Positions 10,289 through 20,692 of a DNA stretch of 64,000 bases are shown one piece after another. The notes below the pieces were generated by a model, which was given only the letters and a program-made list of their open reading frames with translations, ran no database searches and had not been told where the DNA came from. This DNA comes from an uncultured delta proteobacterium (GTDB lineage Bacteria; Desulfobacterota; Desulfomonilia; UBA1062), in NCBI GenBank assembly GCA_963785235.1, contig CAWAUM010000002.1, forward strand, positions 884-64,883, given 5' to 3'. How positions within the stretch are numbered: the first letter of the stretch is position 1; every line of letters starts with the position of its first letter. The position numbers and the translations under genes are program-made.

Positions 10289-10818
10289 TGGAGATCCGTG
10301 GAACCACCATACTGTGCGTGAGAAAGTCCGGCAAGGTAGTACTCGCAGGCGACGGCCAGGTGACCATGAACAATGTGATCCTTAAGGGCAATGCCAAAAA
10401 GGTGAGGAAGATCCATGACAACAAAATCCTGGCCGGGTTTGCCGGGTCAACATCAGATGCATTCACCCTCTTTGAGCGCTTTGAGGACAAACTGAAGGAA
10501 TACCGGGGCAACCTCACCAGGGCCGCTGTGGAAATGGGAAAAGACTGGAGGACCGACAGGGTGCTCAGGAGGCTGGAGGCCCTCATGATCGTAGCTGATA
10601 CCGCCAACACCTTCATCCTGTCCGGCACCGGTGATGTGGTTGAGCCCGACGATGATGTCTGCGGCATCGGCTCCGGGGGCAATTACGCCTTTGCAGCAGC
10701 CAAGGCCCTCCTGAAGTATACGGACCTTGGCGCCAAAGAGATCGCTTCCTATTCCATGGAGATTGCCTCCGACATCTGCATCTATACGAATAAAGCCATA
10801 CAATACGAGGAGCTGTGA
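10285..10818 (+). CDS. hslV: ATP-dependent protease subunit HslV
   Basis: [21 protein letters not shown] with an N-terminal Thr nucleophile. It overlaps hslU by 4 nt. Confidence 0.92.
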   Translation: MMEIRGTTILCVRKSGKVVLAGDGQVTMNNVILKGNAKKVRKIHDNKILAGFAGSTSDAFTLFERFEDKLKEYRGNLTRAAVEMGKDWRTDRVLRRLEALMIVADTANTFILSGTGDVVEPDDDVCGIGSGGNYAFAAAKALLKYTDLGAKEIASYSMEIASDICIYTNKAIQYEEL

Positions 10819-12128
10819 TGAGCAACCTTACACCGAAAGAGATCGTCACCGAACTCGACCGGTACATCGTGGGCCAGGACAAGGCCAAGCGCGCCGTGGC
10901 GATTGCACTGCGTAACCGCTGGAGACGCCAGATGGTGTCCCCTGACATGAAAGACGACATCTATCCCAAGAACATCATCCTGATAGGCCCCACCGGCGTG
11001 GGCAAGACCGAGATCGCCCGCAGGCTGGCAAGGCTCTCAAATTCACCGTTCATAAAGGTAGAGGCATCCAAGTTCACCGAGGTCGGTTATGTGGGAAGGG
11101 ACGTGGAGTCCATTATCCGCGATCTCATGAGGATGGGCATCCAGATGGTGCAGGCCGAGGAGAGCGAAAAGGTAAAATCAAAGGCCTTGGAGCAAGCCAA
11201 AGAGCGCATCCTCGACCTCCTGCTGCCCCCCCAGAAAGACGCGGAGCTCCATGTGGAGAGCAGGGACAAACTGAAAAAGAAGCTGGATGAAGGACTCCTT
11301 GACGAACGGTTCATTGAAGTAGAGTCCCGTGAGACCCAGATGCCCACCATTGAGGTCTTCTCAGGCCAGGGCCTCGAGGAAATGGGTATTGATTTCAAGG
11401 AGATGTTTTCCAACATCATGCCCAAGCGCACCAGACGCAGGCGCATGAGTGTAAAGGAAGCCCTTGAGTTCATCACAAATCAGGAAGTGGGTCGCCTTAT
11501 CGATATGGACAAGGTGAACCAGGAGGCTCGCTTCCGTGTAGAAAACTCGGGCATCGTGTTCATAGACGAGCTCGATAAGATCGCAGGCAGGGAATCGGGC
11601 CGTGGCCCGGATGTATCCCGGGAAGGTGTGCAGCGTGACCTGCTACCCATCGTGGAGGGGACTACGGTGAACACGAAGTTCGGACCGGTGAACACGGACC
11701 ATATCCTTTTCATAGGCGCAGGGGCCTTCCATGTGAGCAAACCCTCCGACCTCATTCCTGAGCTTCAGGGCCGCTTCCCCATCCGGGAGGAGCTTGGCCC
11801 CTTAAGCAAGGAAGATTTCATCCGCATCCTCATGGAGCCCAAGAATGCGCTCATCAAACAGTATAAGGCACTGCTTGCCACCGAAGGTGTCGAGCTGGTC
11901 TTCACGGATGATGCGGTCTCCGAAGTCGCCGCCATTGCCGAGTACATCAATGACCATACCGAAAACATCGGCGCACGCAGGCTCCATACCGTGCTCGAAA
12001 AAATGCTCGAAGACATCTCCTTTACAGCCAAAGAGCTTGTGGGCCAGGTGACGGTGGATGGGGCATATGTCAAAAAGCGGCTGGAACCCCTCATGAGCAG
12101 GGAAGACCTGAGTAGATACATCCTGTAA
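10815..12128 (+). CDS. hslU: ATP-dependent protease ATPase subunit HslU
   Basis: Walker A motif [15 protein letters not shown] and an AAA+ fold; 437 aa. Confidence 0.92.
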   Translation: MMSNLTPKEIVTELDRYIVGQDKAKRAVAIALRNRWRRQMVSPDMKDDIYPKNIILIGPTGVGKTEIARRLARLSNSPFIKVEASKFTEVGYVGRDVESIIRDLMRMGIQMVQAEESEKVKSKALEQAKERILDLLLPPQKDAELHVESRDKLKKKLDEGLLDERFIEVESRETQMPTIEVFSGQGLEEMGIDFKEMFSNIMPKRTRRRRMSVKEALEFITNQEVGRLIDMDKVNQEARFRVENSGIVFIDELDKIAGRESGRGPDVSREGVQRDLLPIVEGTTVNTKFGPVNTDHILFIGAGAFHVSKPSDLIPELQGRFPIREELGPLSKEDFIRILMEPKNALIKQYKALLATEGVELVFTDDAVSEVAAIAEYINDHTENIGARRLHTVLEKMLEDISFTAKELVGQVTVDGAYVKKRLEPLMSREDLSRYIL

Positions 12129-12153
12129 GCCTCACGGGTAGAAAGGGAGACAC

Positions 12154-13125
12154 ATGATATTAAAAGGAAGCTTCATCAATGAAATCGGAGACGGTGACCG
12201 TGTAAAGGCAGTGTTCCTGGTCTCCGAGCGAAGGCTGCTTACTGCCCGCAACGGGAAACCCTATGGCAAGATCATCCTGTCCGACAAGACCGGCGATATT
12301 TTAGGTATGGTCTGGGATGAGGCCCAGGAGCAGGTTTCAATCATTGCGCCGGGAGACGTAGTCGGGGTCAGGGCGAGCGCCGAGTCATACGAGAACCGCC
12401 TGCAGCTCAGGATCGAGAAGATCACGAAGCTCTCGGACCAGGAGGTGGACATCACAAGCCTGGTGCCTTCGGCCAGCAGGGATATAACCTCTATGGCCGA
12501 CGAGTTCGAACTGGCCTGCAACAGCATCAAGAACTCCCAACTGCGCCTCCTTATTGAGCGCATATTCGCAAGACCAGGAGTGCGGGAAGGGTTCATGAAG
12601 GCCCCTGCCGCCAAAGGGATACATCACAACTACCTAGGAGGCCTCCTGGAGCATTCCCTCTATATACTGCGGGCCATGGACGCCTTGCTGCCTGTATATG
12701 CCCATATGGATTTCAACCGGGATATGCTCGTAGTGGGCGCCATCGTACATGACCTGGGAAAGATCTATGAATATACCTACACCAAGATCATTGATATCAC
12801 ACCCATGGGCAGGCTCCTGGGACATATCTACCTTTCCGCGAACATGGCTGACCAGGCTGCATCGTCCATTGAGGGCTTCCCCGAGGAACTCAAACTCCAG
12901 CTCCTCCATATGATCCTGGGTCATCACGGACAGCTCGAATTCGGCTCACCCAAGCTGCCCATGAGCAAAGAAGCCATATTCCTCCACCTGCTCGACGACC
13001 TTGATGCCAAGCTGACCGGCATCTGCTCCATCATAGACGCCACACCGGAAGAAGAATCCTTTTCCGCATTTTCGAGCATCTACAACCGGCACCTCTATAC
13101 GAAGAGATATCGGGAAGAGGAGTAA
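12154..13125 (+). CDS. yhaM: 3'-5' exoribonuclease of the YhaM family (OB-fold plus HD domain)
   Basis: An N-terminal OB-fold (KAVFLVSERRLLTARNGKPYGKIILSDKTGDI) is followed by an HD domain (HDLGKIYEY, HHGQLEFGSP). Confidence 0.7.
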   Translation: MILKGSFINEIGDGDRVKAVFLVSERRLLTARNGKPYGKIILSDKTGDILGMVWDEAQEQVSIIAPGDVVGVRASAESYENRLQLRIEKITKLSDQEVDITSLVPSASRDITSMADEFELACNSIKNSQLRLLIERIFARPGVREGFMKAPAAKGIHHNYLGGLLEHSLYILRAMDALLPVYAHMDFNRDMLVVGAIVHDLGKIYEYTYTKIIDITPMGRLLGHIYLSANMADQAASSIEGFPEELKLQLLHMILGHHGQLEFGSPKLPMSKEAIFLHLLDDLDAKLTGICSIIDATPEEESFSAFSSIYNRHLYTKRYREEE

Positions 13126-13135
13126 AGGCGCCAGT

Positions 13136-15358
13136 CTATACCTGTTCGACAAGCCGCTGGGCAAAGCGCGTATACCGGGTTCTGCTCCGGCTGTTTTCCA
13201 CGCTGAGCCTTACTGCCCTGGCCGAGCCGATGGTCAAGACAAGCCGTTTGCCCCTTGTTACCGCCGTGTACAGCAGATTTCTTGCAAGCATGGCATAGTG
13301 CTGGGTATGGACAGGAATTATCACGCAGGTGTATTCAGAGCCCTGCGCCTTATGGATAGTCGTTGCATAGGCGATAACCAGATCATCCGCGTCAGCAGAA
13401 CCATACAAGACCATCCGGTCGTCATACCCTACCTGAAATGAGCCTTCCTTTTCGTTTATGTCCATCAGATAACCGATGTCTCCATTGAAGACATCCAGTT
13501 CATAATTATTGCGGGTCTGCATCACCTTGTCGCCGATACGGAACTCCGTGATGCCCCTTCGGTATGGCCTGCCTTCAGGATTAAGCGCCTGCTGCAGATT
13601 CCTGTTCAGGTTCTCCACCCCAAGGATGCCTTTGTGCATGGGGCTTAACACCTGCACGTCCAACAGGGGGTCCAGGCCATATTTGAGCGGCAGCACCTCG
13701 GTTACCTGTCGGAGGACCTCGGCCAGGACTTTCTCCGGATCTTCCTCTGGAATGAAGCGATATTCCCCACTGTCATCTTCAGGGATCTCGGGCATCATAC
13801 CCTGGTTGATCCGGTGACTGTTGACGATGATCCGGCTCATCAGGCCTTGCCTGAAGATCGTTTCCAGCCTCACTACAGGGATGATCCCGGATGTGATTAT
13901 GTCCTTCAGGCAGTTGCCTGGCCCAACGGAAGGGAGCTGGTCGACATCTCCGACAAATACCAAGGTCGCACCGGGGGTAATTGCCTTGAGAAGATGATGA
14001 AGCAGCGATATGTCCACCATGGAAAACTCGTCCACGATAATAAGGTCCGCCTCCAGTGGGTTTCCTTCATTGCGTTGAAATATCCCCTGCATGGGGTTGA
14101 ATTCCAGCAGCCTGTGGATCGTGCTCGATTCCTTGCCTGTGGCCTCGGTCATACGTTTTGCCGCGCGGCCTGTGGGGGCACACAGCAGAATCTTTGCATC
14201 CATTCCCTTAAACATGTGGATGATCGCAGTGATGGTAGAAGTCTTTCCCGTCCCCGGTCCGCCTGTGAGAATCATGCACGTCTTCAGTGCTGCACATTTG
14301 ACAGCCTCTTTCTGCCGGGCGGATAATTCGATGTGATACCTGTCTTCCATCCACCCGATAGCCCCATGCGCATCGACAGAGGCAATATTTTTATCAGCCT
14401 TGTTCATCAGGGACAGATTCATTGCCGCGTATTTCTCTTCCATGTGAAGCGAAGGCTGGTATATGGCATCTTCATCTTGGCTCTTTTCGTGAATTTTCTC
14501 TATGTACACATGGTTCATGGACTCGAGTTCTAAAACATTCTCAGAGATGATTTTCCTGTCGATACCGAGGATTTTCTCTGTTTCCTGCAGCAGGAGACGG
14601 CGCGGAAGATACGTATGCCCCTGCAAGGTAGCAAGCTCAAGCACATAGATGGTGCCTGCGCTGATTCTCTCAGGGGAATCCTTGGCAACGCCTGACTTCT
14701 CGGCGATCCGGTCGGCGGTCATAAAACCCACACCCGGGATATCGATGGCAAGGCGGTAGGGGTTGTTTCTGATCACGTCTATGGTGTTGTTGCTGTACTT
14801 TTTGAAAACCTTTGATGCGAGACCGGCAGTAATCCCCTGGCTGTAGAGGAACACAAACGTGTCCCGCAAAATTCTTTTGTCCTTCCATGCGTGCAGGATA
14901 GATTGGGCGCGTTTGCGTCCGATGCCGGCAACTTCCCTGAGCCGGTGCGGCTCAAAATCGATGACGTTGAATGTATCCATGCCGAATGCGTCAACAATAC
15001 GCTTTGCAAGCTCAGGTCCTATCTCTTCAATCTCGGAGGTGAGGTAGGACCTTATACCTTCCATGGTAACCGGGGGCTTGGCCTCGAATTCCGCTGCCTG
15101 AAACTGCCGCCCGTATTTCGGGTGGACAACCCACGAACCCTTGAACTGGTAGAGGTCCCCGATACGGGGCGAGGGAAGAAAGGCCACAACATTTATGGAT
15201 GATTCGTCAGGGCCCTGGGGCCTGACCCGGGCAATGGTGTAGCCCGTGTCTTCCCTATGGTAGCGAACGTGCTCGATCACCCCGGACAGGATTATGGCCG
15301 CATGAGAGCTGTCGTTTTTCACTGTGGGTGTGTCAGCGCCGGTATTTTCCTGGACCAT
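13136..15358 (-). CDS. recD2: ATP-dependent RecD-like DNA helicase (RecD2/YrrC family, SF1)
   Basis: GGPGTGKTS Walker A, a DEFSMVD-like motif, an N-terminal RecD2-type domain and HhH motifs; 740 aa. Confidence 0.85.
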   Translation of the reverse strand: MVQENTGADTPTVKNDSSHAAIILSGVIEHVRYHREDTGYTIARVRPQGPDESSINVVAFLPSPRIGDLYQFKGSWVVHPKYGRQFQAAEFEAKPPVTMEGIRSYLTSEIEEIGPELAKRIVDAFGMDTFNVIDFEPHRLREVAGIGRKRAQSILHAWKDKRILRDTFVFLYSQGITAGLASKVFKKYSNNTIDVIRNNPYRLAIDIPGVGFMTADRIAEKSGVAKDSPERISAGTIYVLELATLQGHTYLPRRLLLQETEKILGIDRKIISENVLELESMNHVYIEKIHEKSQDEDAIYQPSLHMEEKYAAMNLSLMNKADKNIASVDAHGAIGWMEDRYHIELSARQKEAVKCAALKTCMILTGGPGTGKTSTITAIIHMFKGMDAKILLCAPTGRAAKRMTEATGKESSTIHRLLEFNPMQGIFQRNEGNPLEADLIIVDEFSMVDISLLHHLLKAITPGATLVFVGDVDQLPSVGPGNCLKDIITSGIIPVVRLETIFRQGLMSRIIVNSHRINQGMMPEIPEDDSGEYRFIPEEDPEKVLAEVLRQVTEVLPLKYGLDPLLDVQVLSPMHKGILGVENLNRNLQQALNPEGRPYRRGITEFRIGDKVMQTRNNYELDVFNGDIGYLMDINEKEGSFQVGYDDRMVLYGSADADDLVIAYATTIHKAQGSEYTCVIIPVHTQHYAMLARNLLYTAVTRGKRLVLTIGSARAVRLSVENSRSRTRYTRFAQRLVEQV

Positions 15359-15472
15359 CCCTACTCCCTGAAAGACTATACATCATGATGCCCTGATAAT
15401 AACCACGAAAATGTACCTCCATAGAGATCTAAATATTTTAAAGTCTTATAATAGAATGACGAGAAGATAACC

Positions 15473-16488
15473 ATGGATGTATTCCGGCCTATTCCTATTG
15501 ATGTGATTCAGATCAACGAGAAATCCATAGTGGATCTTTTTATAAAGCAAGAGGACAGGCTTATGCCCTTCCTCGCCAAGGATGGTATATTCACCAGGAA
15601 CCACCTAGACGAACTCAACCATTATGGCGTCTGCAAAATATTCATACGGGGCAGGGAGTCCGATGCATTTGAAAAATACGTAAGCGCTTACACGGACAAG
15701 ATCCTCACTGATCCGGCTGTTCCCTCAAAGGTCAAGGCCGCGACATTCTATGTATCTTCCGTCCATGCCCTGAAGAACGCCTTTGAGGATCCGAACCCGA
15801 ACAGATTGAGAAGATACAGCACACCCTAAAATCCATGCTTAAGAACATCATGAAGAACCAGCTCCTTATGAGTGACCTTTTCTCCATTACGGATTACGAT
15901 TTCACCACCTACACGCACAGCGTCAACGTCGGCATCTTCGCCACTTCCCTTGCCATCCAGTATTATAATAGTGAGAGTACGATAGAAATGAAGCATCTTG
16001 AACACCTGAGCTATGGATATTTCCTCCACGATATCGGAAAATCCAAGGTACCGATAACTATTCTCAGGAAGCGCGGGAAATTGAGCGAAGATGAGTGGGT
16101 CATCATGAAGAAGCATCCCGAATGGGGTTATAACATCCTTATGGAAACCGGACATCTCACGGATGAGGCTGCCTATATCTCCATGCAACATCATGAACGG
16201 CCGGACGGTTCAGGGTATCCATCCGGTACAAAGGAAATCCATCCATGCGCCAGGATCTGCACCATTGCCGACATATTCGATGCATTGACATCTATCCGGC
16301 CCTACAAGACCGCCATGAAGCCCTTCGATGCATTGAAACTCATCAAGAAGGAGGCGCTGACGGCATTTGACCGCAGCCTCCTCAATACCCTGGTCAAGTT
16401 GTTGGGACCCCAGGGGGAACACAAAGAAAATCCTAATTCAGATGATTTTCGGAATTTGACACATTCTCGCACGGATAAATATCACTGA
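15473..16488 (+). CDS. HD-GYP domain phosphodiesterase (cyclic-di-GMP signalling). A 1-nt frameshift near 15800, inside a repeated AACCCGAAC sequence, splits it into two ORFs.
   Basis: HHERPDGSGYP and HDIGK motifs lie in the second ORF. The first ORF continues seamlessly into the second in the +2 frame (...EPEQIEKIQHTLKSMLKN...). Confidence 0.7.
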
Positions 16489-16514
16489 AGGATACTCTTT
16501 CATAATCCTTGTTT

Positions 16515-17336
16515 CTATTCCGGCTCCGGGAACACGGGCTTTTGCTTTGACAGGAAGGCGGTAATGCCATGGATGCATTCGCCACCGGCAATAAGGGTGA
16601 CCGCCTCTTCGGTCTCAAGATCCAGGGCATCCATTGTGCTGATATCCACGGTCTTCCTGATAACCTTCAGGGCGTGCCGTACGGCATGCGGACCATTTTC
16701 CGCAATGGCCCGTGCCAGCTCCCGTGCAACCTCCAGGGTCTTGCCCGAAGGGCTGATACGGTTTATAAGGCCCATCTGCAAGGCCTCCTCTGCACCCACC
16801 TTGCGGGCCGTGAGGATGAGATCCGCCGCCTTGGAAACCCCCAAAAGCCTCGTGAGCCCCACCACTCCGCCATGGTCGGGCATGAGCCCGAGCCTTACCT
16901 CGGAGAAGCAGATGAGTGCGCCTGGGTCCATGACTCGCAGGTCGCACCGTGTGGCAATCTCGGCCCCTCCGCCATACGCTAGCCCGTTTATCGCAGCTAT
17001 TACGGGGACCGGGAGCATGACCAGGCTGTCGGTGGTTGTCCTTACACGGCGGATGAGGTCATAGGCAGGTCCTTTCTCGTGTTTCTGCACCGCATCGATA
17101 AGGCGGGCCACCATGGGATTTTCCGGGTTCACGTCGAAACCGGCGCAAAATGCCCTTTCTCCGGAGCCGGTAAGCACCACGACCCTGGGCAGGCGTGCCT
17201 TGAGGTCTGCCACTACCTTCTCCATGCAGTCCCACATATGCTCATCGAAGGTGTTCTGTCTGTCCGGCCGGTCAAAGATCACAACCGCGATATGCTCTTC
17301 CCGCTCGAGGCGGATACCGTAATCAGCCATGGGCAA
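16515..17336 (-). CDS. Enoyl-CoA hydratase/isomerase (crotonase family)
   Basis: VVVLTGSGERAFCAGFDV and a crotonase fold; 273 aa. Confidence 0.85.
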   Translation of the reverse strand: MPMADYGIRLEREEHIAVVIFDRPDRQNTFDEHMWDCMEKVVADLKARLPRVVVLTGSGERAFCAGFDVNPENPMVARLIDAVQKHEKGPAYDLIRRVRTTTDSLVMLPVPVIAAINGLAYGGGAEIATRCDLRVMDPGALICFSEVRLGLMPDHGGVVGLTRLLGVSKAADLILTARKVGAEEALQMGLINRISPSGKTLEVARELARAIAENGPHAVRHALKVIRKTVDISTMDALDLETEEAVTLIAGGECIHGITAFLSKQKPVFPEPE

Positions 17337-17362
17337 TCTCCTGGAGAACTCTTAAGTTTATC

Positions 17363-17917
17363 TTAAAAGGCCTTGCCAAAGGTATTGAGATGGACAAACG
17401 CATTCAATTCCTTACGGGGCGGCCCCTGCCTGGGTTCCGCAGCAGGCTTTCCCACCGGCAGCACTGCCACCACCTCATAGCCTTCGGGCAGGCCAATGAC
17501 CTTTTTGCATGCATCATGGTCCATAAGGCCGACCACAACGGTGCCAAGTCCCATCTCATGGGCTGTCAGGCAGAGGTTCTGGACAGCAATACCGAGGTCG
17601 AACATGAACCAGTTGGGAAACTTGGTTACATCCTTGCCGCCATAACACCCCGACACACCGGTCTTTGCACATGCCACGATAAGTACTGAGGCCGCAAGCG
17701 AGCACTTTGTGCCAGGGTTCTTATCCACGTAGGTGCCGGCTACTTTTTCAATAAGACCCCTGTCGCGGACAACCACGAATTCCCACACCTGGGTATTAGC
17801 CCATGATTGCGCCAGCCTGGCTGCCTCAAGCAACTGTTTGATCTCCTCGTCTGTCACGGTATAATCGGTGAACTTTCTCACGCTCCTTCTGTGCAGGATG
17901 GCATCGGACAGTTCCAT
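17363..17917 (-). CDS. Nitroreductase-family protein. The start is taken as MELSDAIL, which has an RBS.
   Basis: ILHRRSVRKF and ...QSWANTQVWEFVVV. An AAGAGGGGG RBS lies upstream of the ATG at 17917. Confidence 0.8.
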   Translation of the reverse strand: MELSDAILHRRSVRKFTDYTVTDEEIKQLLEAARLAQSWANTQVWEFVVVRDRGLIEKVAGTYVDKNPGTKCSLAASVLIVACAKTGVSGCYGGKDVTKFPNWFMFDLGIAVQNLCLTAHEMGLGTVVVGLMDHDACKKVIGLPEGYEVVAVLPVGKPAAEPRQGPPRKELNAFVHLNTFGKAF

Positions 17918-18061
17918 AAATCCCCCTCTTTTAATAGTGTTTGAATAACCGTTTAAGGTATGACAATCATACACCCGAGTATGCCTGAATGTCACCGTTT
18001 TCATAGCAAGAATATTTGGTGGATTATATGATAGGGTGATTTTACTTTAAGAGGAGATCAT

Positions 18062-18709
18062 ATGGATATCATACTTACCCCCGAAGAAGTCAGGGTCTTG
18101 GGAAGCCTGTTGGAGAAGGAGATGTCTACACCGGAGTATTATCCCCTTACCTTAAACGCCCTTGTCGCTGCATGCAACCAGAAGACAAGCCGGTCCCCGG
18201 TGGTTTCATACGACGAGAAGACCGTGCTTGGCGCCCTTGCGCGACTGGAGAAGAAACGCCTGGTCTGGCAAAGCAGCCTGGGCCGGGTACCCAAGTATGA
18301 GCAGTCATTTGTAAAGAACACGAAACTGATCAATTCCGAGGCGGCTGTGCTGAGCTTGTTAATGCTCAGAGGGCCTCAGACCATTGGTGAAATAAAGGTC
18401 CGTACCGAACGGCTTTACGACTTTGCCGATCTGGAAAAGGTGAATGAAGCCCTTCTTGACCTCATAGAGGCAGGTTTTATCGTAAAATTCCCTCGAATGC
18501 CCGGGCAGAAGGAGTCCCGCTACGCGCACCTTTTATCTGGCCAGCCGGAGGATATTGGCCGGGAAGTACCAGGTTCTGCTGGAATGGACAGCGCTATTCA
18601 AAGCGGAGATGAGCGAATAACTGAGATACTAGACGAGCTGAAGGCATTACACCGGGACTTTGAAGATCTCAAACTCAAGATGACTGCTTTCATGGAACAG
18701 TTCAGGTAG
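18062..18709 (+). CDS. yceH: YceH/DUF480 family protein (UPF0502)
   Basis: LTPEEVRVLGSLLEKEMSTPEYYPLTLNALVAACNQKTSR matches the YceH N-terminus; 215 aa. Confidence 0.75.
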   Translation: MDIILTPEEVRVLGSLLEKEMSTPEYYPLTLNALVAACNQKTSRSPVVSYDEKTVLGALARLEKKRLVWQSSLGRVPKYEQSFVKNTKLINSEAAVLSLLMLRGPQTIGEIKVRTERLYDFADLEKVNEALLDLIEAGFIVKFPRMPGQKESRYAHLLSGQPEDIGREVPGSAGMDSAIQSGDERITEILDELKALHRDFEDLKLKMTAFMEQFR

Positions 18710-18715
18710 ATGAAA

Positions 18716-18749
18716 GAGAGAGGGGAGGGCAAATGCCCTCCCCTCTCTC
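18716..18749. terminator. Bidirectional terminator hairpin between yceH (+) and the acyl-CoA dehydrogenase gene (-)
   Basis: GAGAGAGGGGAGGGC-AAAT-GCCCTCCCCTCTCTC. Confidence 0.55.
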
Positions 18750-18779
18750 TTAATATTGAGGATTACTGAAGTCTGTTCG

Positions 18780-20501
18780 TTAGTCGTTCATTGCGTATTC
18801 GCCGTTCAGGACGGATACGTACTTCTCCCACACCTTGTTGTACTGCTCGGGGTTGGGGACTGCCTTGATGAGCATGATCTTGGTGCAGTATTCCCGCTGC
18901 TCGTCTTTGGAGCTGTGGTTGCCGTAGATCTGCAGGGCAAAGTGGGCGAAGTCGCGCACCATGAAGTCGAAGATCTGGTTCAGGACATCCGCATCAAGTT
19001 TGTCGAACTTGGCCTGCTCCAGGATAAGCTGGCCGTAGACCACGATGGAGAACATCTCGCCCACCGGCAGGGACCATGAGGGGTCCATATCCTGGGCCTT
19101 GTCCGGGCCGGCCTTTTCCAGCATCTCCTTGAAGATCTCGATCTGCTTGATGAAGGTGGCCACGTTGGGCAGGCCCTTGTTGGCCTCGAAGACCGGCTTG
19201 TAGTCGTGGAACTGGACCTTGCCCAGGCCCTTGGTGGGGCCCTGGTTGAACAGGAACGAGTCATCCTTGAGCGAGAAGTCCGGTGCCGCCGGGGCATACT
19301 CGGCAGGGGTGAAGAAATAGTTCTTCATGAACTTTCTGATGAGCTGCACGTTCACGTGAACCGTGCCCTCGAGCTTGGAGGGGCCGCGTACGTCGGCGGC
19401 CGCCATGTGGAAAACCGTGTCCTTCTCGAAACCCTTGGCAGCGATCACGTCCCAGAGCAGGTTGACCACCTCTTCGGACTGCAGGGTCACCTTCATCTTG
19501 CTGGTGGGGTTATAGAGCAGGTAGCGGCGGTCATTCTCACCGGCGCCCCTGAAGTAGTCGGTGGAGCGGCGCTGGTACATCTTCATGGCAACGAGCCTGA
19601 GCCAGGCATCCATGAAGTTCTTGCGCACATGCGGCATGTCGGTGACCTTCACGCCGTAGAGGATACGGTTGGAAGCGTGCGTGATGGCCTCGTAGAAGCA
19701 GTGCTCGGAAATACCGATGGAGGCAGGGCCGATGTTGAACTTGCCGATGTTGACGGTGTTGAGCGCCGAGTCCCACGCATGGGGACCACGGGAGAGGATG
19801 TCGTCTTCGGTGATGGGGTAGTCATGCAGCGCGAAGTTGGATACGTACTCCTGGTGGCTGATGACGTTCTTCTTCAGCTCATAGGCCTTGTGGCGGTAGT
19901 TGGTGGAAAAGAAGGTATAGTCATCCGTGCCGTCCTTGACCTTGCCCAGGGTGGAGACCATCTCGGCCTCATTGCCGTTGCCGATGTAGTACTTCTCGCC
20001 GTTGGCCAGAAACGTGCCGTCTCCCTTGGGGGTCAGCGTTGTCTCAACGGAGTAGATATCAGCTCCATGGGTGCGTTCCGATAGGCCGAATGCGAAAATG
20101 GCGCCCCCCTTGAGCAGCTGTGCTGCCTTCTTCTTGGCCGTCTCGTTGGGGCTCATCCAGATGGGGCCCAGGCCCAGGATCGTCACCTGGAAGCAGTACC
20201 AGTATCCCAGCCCGTAAAAGGCCAGAACCTCTGAGTATTCACTGTTGCGCGCCGTGTCCCAGCGGGCGTCCGGATCACCCTCGGCATACTGCTTGGGGGT
20301 GAGCAGCTTGAAAAAGATCCGTTCCCTGGCGAGGAAATCAATAAACTCCCGGTACCAGAGCTTCTTGTTGTAGTCATCGAGCAGTCTTTCCTTGCCCATG
20401 TTCTCGAAGAAGGCAATGGTCTTGTCCATGATGGCCTTTGATCCCTCGTCGGCCATGAGACTCTTGTACTTCTTGGGCTGAATCAACAAATTCATATACA
20501 T
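18780..20501 (-). CDS. Acyl-CoA dehydrogenase family protein (long, about 570 aa)
   Basis: An ACAD-like middle domain (GLSERTHGADIYSVETT) and a C-terminal helical domain. The start is probably at the second or third ATG (MNLL...), which follows GGAG. Confidence 0.65.
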   Translation of the reverse strand: MYMNLLIQPKKYKSLMADEGSKAIMDKTIAFFENMGKERLLDDYNKKLWYREFIDFLARERIFFKLLTPKQYAEGDPDARWDTARNSEYSEVLAFYGLGYWYCFQVTILGLGPIWMSPNETAKKKAAQLLKGGAIFAFGLSERTHGADIYSVETTLTPKGDGTFLANGEKYYIGNGNEAEMVSTLGKVKDGTDDYTFFSTNYRHKAYELKKNVISHQEYVSNFALHDYPITEDDILSRGPHAWDSALNTVNIGKFNIGPASIGISEHCFYEAITHASNRILYGVKVTDMPHVRKNFMDAWLRLVAMKMYQRRSTDYFRGAGENDRRYLLYNPTSKMKVTLQSEEVVNLLWDVIAAKGFEKDTVFHMAAADVRGPSKLEGTVHVNVQLIRKFMKNYFFTPAEYAPAAPDFSLKDDSFLFNQGPTKGLGKVQFHDYKPVFEANKGLPNVATFIKQIEIFKEMLEKAGPDKAQDMDPSWSLPVGEMFSIVVYGQLILEQAKFDKLDADVLNQIFDFMVRDFAHFALQIYGNHSSKDEQREYCTKIMLIKAVPNPEQYNKVWEKYVSVLNGEYAMND

Positions 20502-20692
20502 CTCCTTTCCTGGTTATGCTCAGAATTTTTTACAGTGGTGCTTCATGCGTGATGTTCATTTCAAAAGGTTACAGCACCTTCCTTTCATACACGAACATGC
20601 CTGAAAAGAAAATGGTTTTGTGAAATGATCGTTCACCGTACTTTTACAGTTCATGCCCATTCTCATTGTGTGACCCTCCGGCAAAGTCCTCT

